DNA of 64,000 nucleotides from the human T2T-CHM13v2.0 reference genome, Homo sapiens. Each line of letters begins with the position of its first letter. The stretch's first letter is position 1. A program made the translations under genes and the position numbers. The DNA is taken from assembly GCF_009914755.1 (NCBI RefSeq), contig NC_060928.1. One strand, written 5' to 3'. The notes beneath the pieces were generated by a model that saw nothing but the letters and a program-made list of their open reading frames with translations, was not told where the DNA came from and searched no databases. Below are positions 58,287 through 64,000 of the stretch, piece after piece.

Positions 58287-58660
58287 TCTGTTAGTTAAAG
58301 TAATGCTAACTGTAGTAACATGCGAACCCTCAAATTTTATCCTTAATACAAATTGATTGCTCCTTACATTCAGTTTAAAGTAGCTGTTCCTGATCTAGGC
58401 ACCTTCCGTTTTGTGGCTCTCTGATCTTTATGTGGCTTCCAAAGTCCCTACAGAGGGGAAAGACCATGGAGAATCACATTTGGAAAGTTTCATTGGCCAG
58501 GCCTGAAAGAGGCACATATCATTTCAGCGCACATTCCATGGCTACAATTCAGTGGCACAGCACACACCGCTGTAAGGGAGATCAGGAAATATAGCCAAAC
58601 TATTTGCCTAGGAGTTTAGGGGAAATGGACTGGTTTAACAGATATGTCAACACTGCCACC
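58287..58660 (-). mobile_element. Old MaLR LTR (MLT1J/K-like)
   Basis: TGTTAGTTAAAGTAATGCTAACTGTAGTAACA..GGCCTGAAAGAGGCACATATCATTTC..CACATTCCATGGC..GGAAATATAG. Confidence 0.6.
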
Positions 58661-59614
58661 AAGCATTTCTAACTTGAGATGAGCTAGGAAAACTACATTT
58701 TAATTATTTGGGGAGGGTTTAAAAATTCCTGGCTGAATTAAAATGACAGATGAATTATTGTATTTTACCAATGCTCTCATAGGTTTCTAAGAACACATGT
58801 ATTCCTAATCAAAGGAATTTACCAACAAGTAATGTCATGATTATTATGAGAGCTTAAGCTCACTTAGATAGGAAGCTGAATAATGTAGAAAAGTCAAATA
58901 TTCTGAAACATACACAATTTCTTGAAAAACTCTTCTTGAATCAAAACCCAATGCACAGATGTTTCAGTAAAATATTAATAGATAGTTATGACTTTTAAAA
59001 CCTTATAATTTTTATTACAAAACCTGTGTATCTAACTTCTAAGCCAGGCCCCTGACAGAAACAAATTTCATAACTTTCTCAAATTTCATAGCTTTCTCAA
59101 AGCAAAGATTCCATTTGCTTTGCAAACCATATTGCATTCTTAGGAGATAGTGTTGTAATGAGCCACATTTAATAGTCTTATTCAGTGGAAAACATTTTCA
59201 AAATCATCACCTTTTTGAGTATCCAAAATGTTCTCTAGATTCAGAGAAATAAAAGAAAAAACATGCTATAAATATCTTCATTAAGCAAACACTATGCAGA
59301 ATAAATGTGCTCTTTTCTTACCTCAGTGTAATTTTCAGTATTAAGAACAGTGATTATGTGGGAAAATTAAGGTTTTAGTTTCAAAGAAAATACATTTTCT
59401 TAACTCAAGGATGAGATTGATTTTTTCATATAGTAAGAATGTATTAGAAATAGATATTCATGCTAGTAAATATTAATGGCTATGATCACAGTTAATTGTT
59501 GTATGGTGTTTTATGTTATGGGACTGAATTATATTTTACTTAATTATTCCTCTTGTTAGGCATTTATTTTATTTTACTTTATTTAATTTTATTTTTCAAA
59601 TAAGGACATTTAAA

Positions 59615-60165
59615 AAAATCCAATAGTTTTTGGTAACAGGTGGTTTTTTGGTTACACAGTTAAGTTCTTTAGTGGTGATTTCTGAGATTTTGGTGCACCT
59701 GTCACCTGAGCAGTGTACACTGTACCCAATATGTAATCTTTTATTTCTCACCCCCCACCCACCCTTCCCCCTAAGTCCTCAAAGTCCGTTATATCATTCT
59801 TATGCCTTTGCATCCTCATAGCTTAGCTCCCACTTATGAGTGAGAGCATACAATATTTAGTTTTCCATTCCTGAGTTACTTCACTTAGAATAATGGCCTC
59901 CAACTCCATCCAAGTTGGTGTGAAGTCTATTATTTCATTCAGTTTTATGGCTGAGTAGTATGTCATGGTATTTATACACCACATTTTCTTTATCCACTTG
60001 TTGGTTGGTGGACATTTAGGTTGGTTCCATATTTTTGCAATTGCAAATTGTGCTGCTATAAACATGTGTATGCCTGTGTTTTTTTCATGTAATGACTTAT
60101 TTTCCTCTGGGTAGATATTGAGTACTAGAATTTCTGGATCAAATGGTAGTTTTTAGTTCTGTAAT
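59615..60165 (-). mobile_element. L1PB 3' end
   Basis: MFIAAQFAIAKIWNQPKCP..CMLSLISGS ORF2 end plus L1PB 3'UTR (GTTCTTTAGTGGTGATTTCTGAGATTTTGGTGCACC). Confidence 0.88.
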
Positions 60166-60454
60166 TTTTATAACTGCTTACGGAGTTGCCTTTAGCACAA
60201 GTTTACGGTTCAAGTATGCAAATTGCTTTTAAAAAAACTAATGGTGCTTACAAAATTTTCATTTGACATTTTTTTGGCTAGTTCTTCTTGTCTCTTCTCT
60301 TCATTCCAAATTTCTACTTCTTCTGTTTCCAGATCTCTTGGCTAAAAGACAGTGCATTTTCCTTCAGCAAATATACTGTAATCTAAAACATAGAAGTTAA
60401 AAAAAAAAGATTAGAAGAAAGGCAGAGCATATGTGATTCCTTTAGTTTCCCGCT

Positions 60455-60757
60455 TGGACGTGTATGTACTCCCAAAATTCATATGTTGAAATCCTCACTC
60501 CTAAAGTGATGGTGTTAGGAGAGGGGCCTTTGGGAGATGATGAGGTCATGCATGGGATTGGTGCCCTTTTAAAAGAGGCCTGAGAGAAACACCTCAATGC
60601 TTCCTCCATGTGAGGTTAAAATGAGAAGAAGGCTGTCTATAAGGAAGTAGGCCCTCACCAGACAAGAAATCTGCTGGCATCTTGATCTTGGACTTTCCAG
60701 CCTCCAGAACTGTGAACAACAAATCTCTGTTGTTTATAAGCCACATAGTCTATGGTC
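60455..60757 (+). mobile_element. MaLR LTR (MLT1A0-like), partial
   Basis: CCCAAAATTCATATGTTGAAATCC..GGCCCTCACCAGAC..CTTGATCTTGGACTTTCCAGCCTCCAGAACTGTGA. Confidence 0.82.
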
Positions 60758-61884
60758 ACGAGGCCTGCTTGTGGTTTCAATCGCTCCCAAATTACTGCTA
60801 TTGAGCTTACCAGAATCTATTTCACATTTTGTTTTCCTTTAAAATAACAGTAATAAATCTCTCCTTGTAATTATTGCAATCCCATCTTTTTTGTCTATAT
60901 GTGACATAGACCTGCAAATCTGCATTATGGTGGGAAGATCCATTGGAAAGTCACAGGAAGCATTTCTGGCTAGATTTTGGTTCTCAGGGTTTGTTTGAAA
61001 GCTGCTGGCTGCCTGAGAGAGAAGAAGGGGAAAGGAGGGTCGTGAAGGTCATGGCATGAAGAAAGCAGCAGTAGCAGTAATGAAGAAAGGACAGGGGGCA
61101 CTTCTCCTAGGACCCCCGGTATTTTAGGGGTAAGTGGTGAAATCCTACCCACAAGCAGAAAATTTTCAGAGAGCAGCTCTGCAGAGGGTGTAATCACATG
61201 TCTGAAAAAAGAGGCCAACCTGCCCTTGTCCACTTCTGGCTATGAGTTGATAAAATGGATTGCCAATACTTTGAATGATAACTGGGATTCTGCAGAATCT
61301 ATAGCTTGTCATATCTGCAGATTAAATACATGCATTTTTTTCTGTTGAGTAAACCTCAGTCTGTATCAATATCTTGAGCATGCGTTTAATTGAGGAACAT
61401 TAGTCTTCCCATGGTAGTATGTTTTGTCCTAATTGAGATGAGATATACTCAAACTGTGACCATGTGTTAGAAGTGATCCATCGTGTTATACATATATCAA
61501 ACAAAATCCCAATGACTGAGGTACCATTAGCATAAAATAAGCAGCCCATCTGTAGGTATTTTGGAATGCATACTTTTCACTCATTTGCTTATTCATTTAT
61601 TCATTTAATTATTTTTTTCAGATTCTAGTCATGTGTCATTTTTTTTTTCTGTTGAGAACTTTGCCAGGTTAAAAAAAAAAAAGAAGAAGTGGCCCTTGAA
61701 GTAGGTTCAGTCTAATGGCTTTGAGACACTTATTGACCCTTAGAGTCAATCATTAAAAAGTATTGTAGCCAGAATATATTTGTGAGCATGTGAAGTACTA
61801 GTGCAGAAGGAATTTCAGTGTCTCTCTTACAGCAAATAGTGTGCTGTGCTCCTCTAGCACCAAAAACTTCCACAAGGGAGGGTA

Positions 61885-62289
61885 TGTTAGCTTGGATATC
61901 TGACCTTCCAAACCTCAAGTTGAAATCTGATCCCCAGGTTTGGAGGTGGGGCCTAATGGGGGGTGTTGGGATCATAGGGGCAAATCCCTCATGAATGCCT
62001 TGGTAATGAGTTGAGCTCTTGTTCTGTTAGTTCCCATGAGGGATGATTGTTAAACAGAGCTTGGCACCTCCCTCCACACCCATCTTTCTATTCTCTTACT
62101 ATGTGATCTCTGCCCACACTGACTTCCCTTTGCCTTCTGCTATAAGCGGAAGCAGCCTGAGGCCACCACTGGAAGCAGATGCCAGCACCCATGCTTCTTG
62201 TACAGCCTGCAGAGTCATGAGCTACATAAACCTCCTTTCCTTATAAATTGCCCAACCCCACGTATACCTTTATAGCAATGCAAAACAGA
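61885..62289 (+). mobile_element. MaLR LTR (MSTB-like)
   Basis: TTGGAGGTGGGGCCT..ATCCCTCATGAATG..GAAGCAGCCTGAGGCC..ATGCTTCTTGTACAGCCTGCAGA..TTTATAGCAATGCAAAACAGA; TSD GGGTA (61880-61884 / 62290-62294). Confidence 0.85.
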
Positions 62290-64000
62290 GGGTATACCAT
62301 GAGTGTTGTCAGGTCTCAGTGACTCATGTGATCTAGTCAATTTTGGATTTCCAGAGAGAACTTTTATTTTAAAAAAAGAAAAGTACCATTGAAAATAGAT
62401 GGTAATGCTATATATTACTGTAATGTAAAACTAAGCAAGTATTTTTACAATTGCAAAGTGTCCTTAAATTCAATAAATTTACAATTAATGTAGTGAGTGT
62501 GTTTATTGAGGCAAACACTCATAATGCTATTTTCAAAATAACATGAAAGGAGAGTCACAACTGATTCAGCAAAATATGCCAGTTACCAAAGGATTTGTTT
62601 CCCATTCTAAATAGGTTCATTAGAAAGTCCTGAATTTTAATGGGTTTTGGTATTTGATAGCCTTTGACCAAATAGAACCCCCTTGTACAGTGTATAGTGA
62701 CATTTCTTTCATACAGAGAGATTTTTTAAAATAGTAAGAAAATGGCTCTGTGACTTAAAGTAAATATTAGAGCAACTCACTTTTCATTCTTGTCTGATCA
62801 TTGATAGTATTAGCAAGCCATCCCTCCTGCTCCATGTGATACATCCAACAACACAGGGAAGTGTTCTGCAACAGCCACTCAGTCCACACAATTTTAATTC
62901 AACATTGAGTGTCATAGACCTTGTTGCTCTCAATTAATGTCTCTCCTTTTAATTTTGCTTTCATGATTGGTCTGAAACTCAGTACTACTTAATTACCATG
63001 ATCTTTGGTTTCCCTTCAAGATTTCAATTTTAGATTTCCCTGTGAATTTGCCTCCTTTGGCCACCTCAGGCTAAGTTCATTTCCATCTGAACTTCTCTAC
63101 CTCAGAAAGAACCTCTCTTTACTACCTTCTCATATTTCTCATTCTGTCGGCAGATTCTGGGCAAAATTATTCCTTTTACAGCATAATTTCACATAGCTAG
63201 TGTGTGGAACATTACCTGTTTCATTTGCCTTAGGAATTTTAGGTTTTTCTAACTATGGAAATAAAAAAATGAGTTAATTAAGTGATATTTAAAATACAAT
63301 TATTTTAAAAAAGGAGAAAACATTAGGACTTGTAACTTTAGGACAGAAGCTTGATGAACATGGAAGACCACCATGATTTTTCAGGATACAATGGCCCTGA
63401 AGTATATGTCTCTTGAAGTTCTTAGATAACTCCAATGTAAACCAACATACTGTGTCTGATTATTTCCCAGGTACATTAGGGCTCTGAGTAAATTACCTTC
63501 CACACAAGAAGTAAAATTATTGCAAAATTGTGACCTCTGGTTGCTCATGCTGGGCTATTTCTTGTTGCTATCAAGGAAGTTACATCAAATATATGTCAAA
63601 GTTACTGGATTGAGAGGAATTGGTATGAAATACGATCTGAAGACCATGAGGGATTTATCAATGTCTTCACATTACCTCAATCTTTTGTGAGCTCTTGCAG
63701 GTCAAGAGATGGAGGCAGGGGAAATTATAGCTGCATGGTCACAGGTATCATTACTCCTCCTTCCTCTGCACACAATGGGTCTCCTTGGCAACACATTTTC
63801 TCTCTTGCCTTTGAAAACTGTTATAAAGTAGAAACAATTTGGGTTGTTTTAGCAATGAAGCTGACTGAAACCAAGGCCAGGAAATAATTGTTTTTCTCCC
63901 CAGTAGAAAAAGAGCTCTTCCATGAATATAAGTTAGTCATGAGTTAGGCATTTTACTCATACTTGATGCATCCTGTGTTTTCACAGGACATTTATGCTGG

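Noticed and set aside
63500-63680. Possible ancient LINE RT remnant on the minus strand (..PV.FDIYL..FA..)
   Set aside because: Similarity is too weak and needs several frameshifts; cannot be supported without an HMM search

Overview
This is primate (hominoid-like, probably human) non-coding genomic DNA, either intergenic or intronic. I find no convincing host protein-coding exon, tRNA, rRNA or CRISPR array. All long ORFs are decayed LINE-1 ORF1/ORF2 pieces or chance translations of Alu, LTR and simple repeats. The window is a layered record of transposable elements. (i) A near full-length L1PA (about L1PA5) with a twin-priming 5' inversion and 15-bp TSD lies at 2.6-8.6 kb; the inversion points the L1 antisense promoter/ORF0 into the RT half of ORF2. 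(ii) A second, much older twin-primed L1MA has a perfect 14-bp TSD at 18.8-19.3 kb. (iii) An ancient two-LTR ERV-L provirus (LTR16/ERV3-16A3-like, 26.7-32.3 kb) sits in an old L1M and itself hosts a solo LTR12C, an MLT1A and an AluSc. (iv) The rest includes a MER41B with a GAS site, about 11 Alus (one AluYa-lineage copy sits next to a 72-bp pure-AT palindrome), MaLR/MLT2 LTRs, hAT/mariner MITEs and a CR1 RT relic. I do not see a previously undescribed multi-gene system. The best leads are regulatory or structural: the inverted-L1 promoter geometry, LTR12C with an adjacent splice donor, a CRE/YY1/RFX cluster, and a possibly structured element at 41.3-41.4 kb. Repeat subfamily names come from my recall of consensus sequences and need RepeatMasker/Dfam confirmation.
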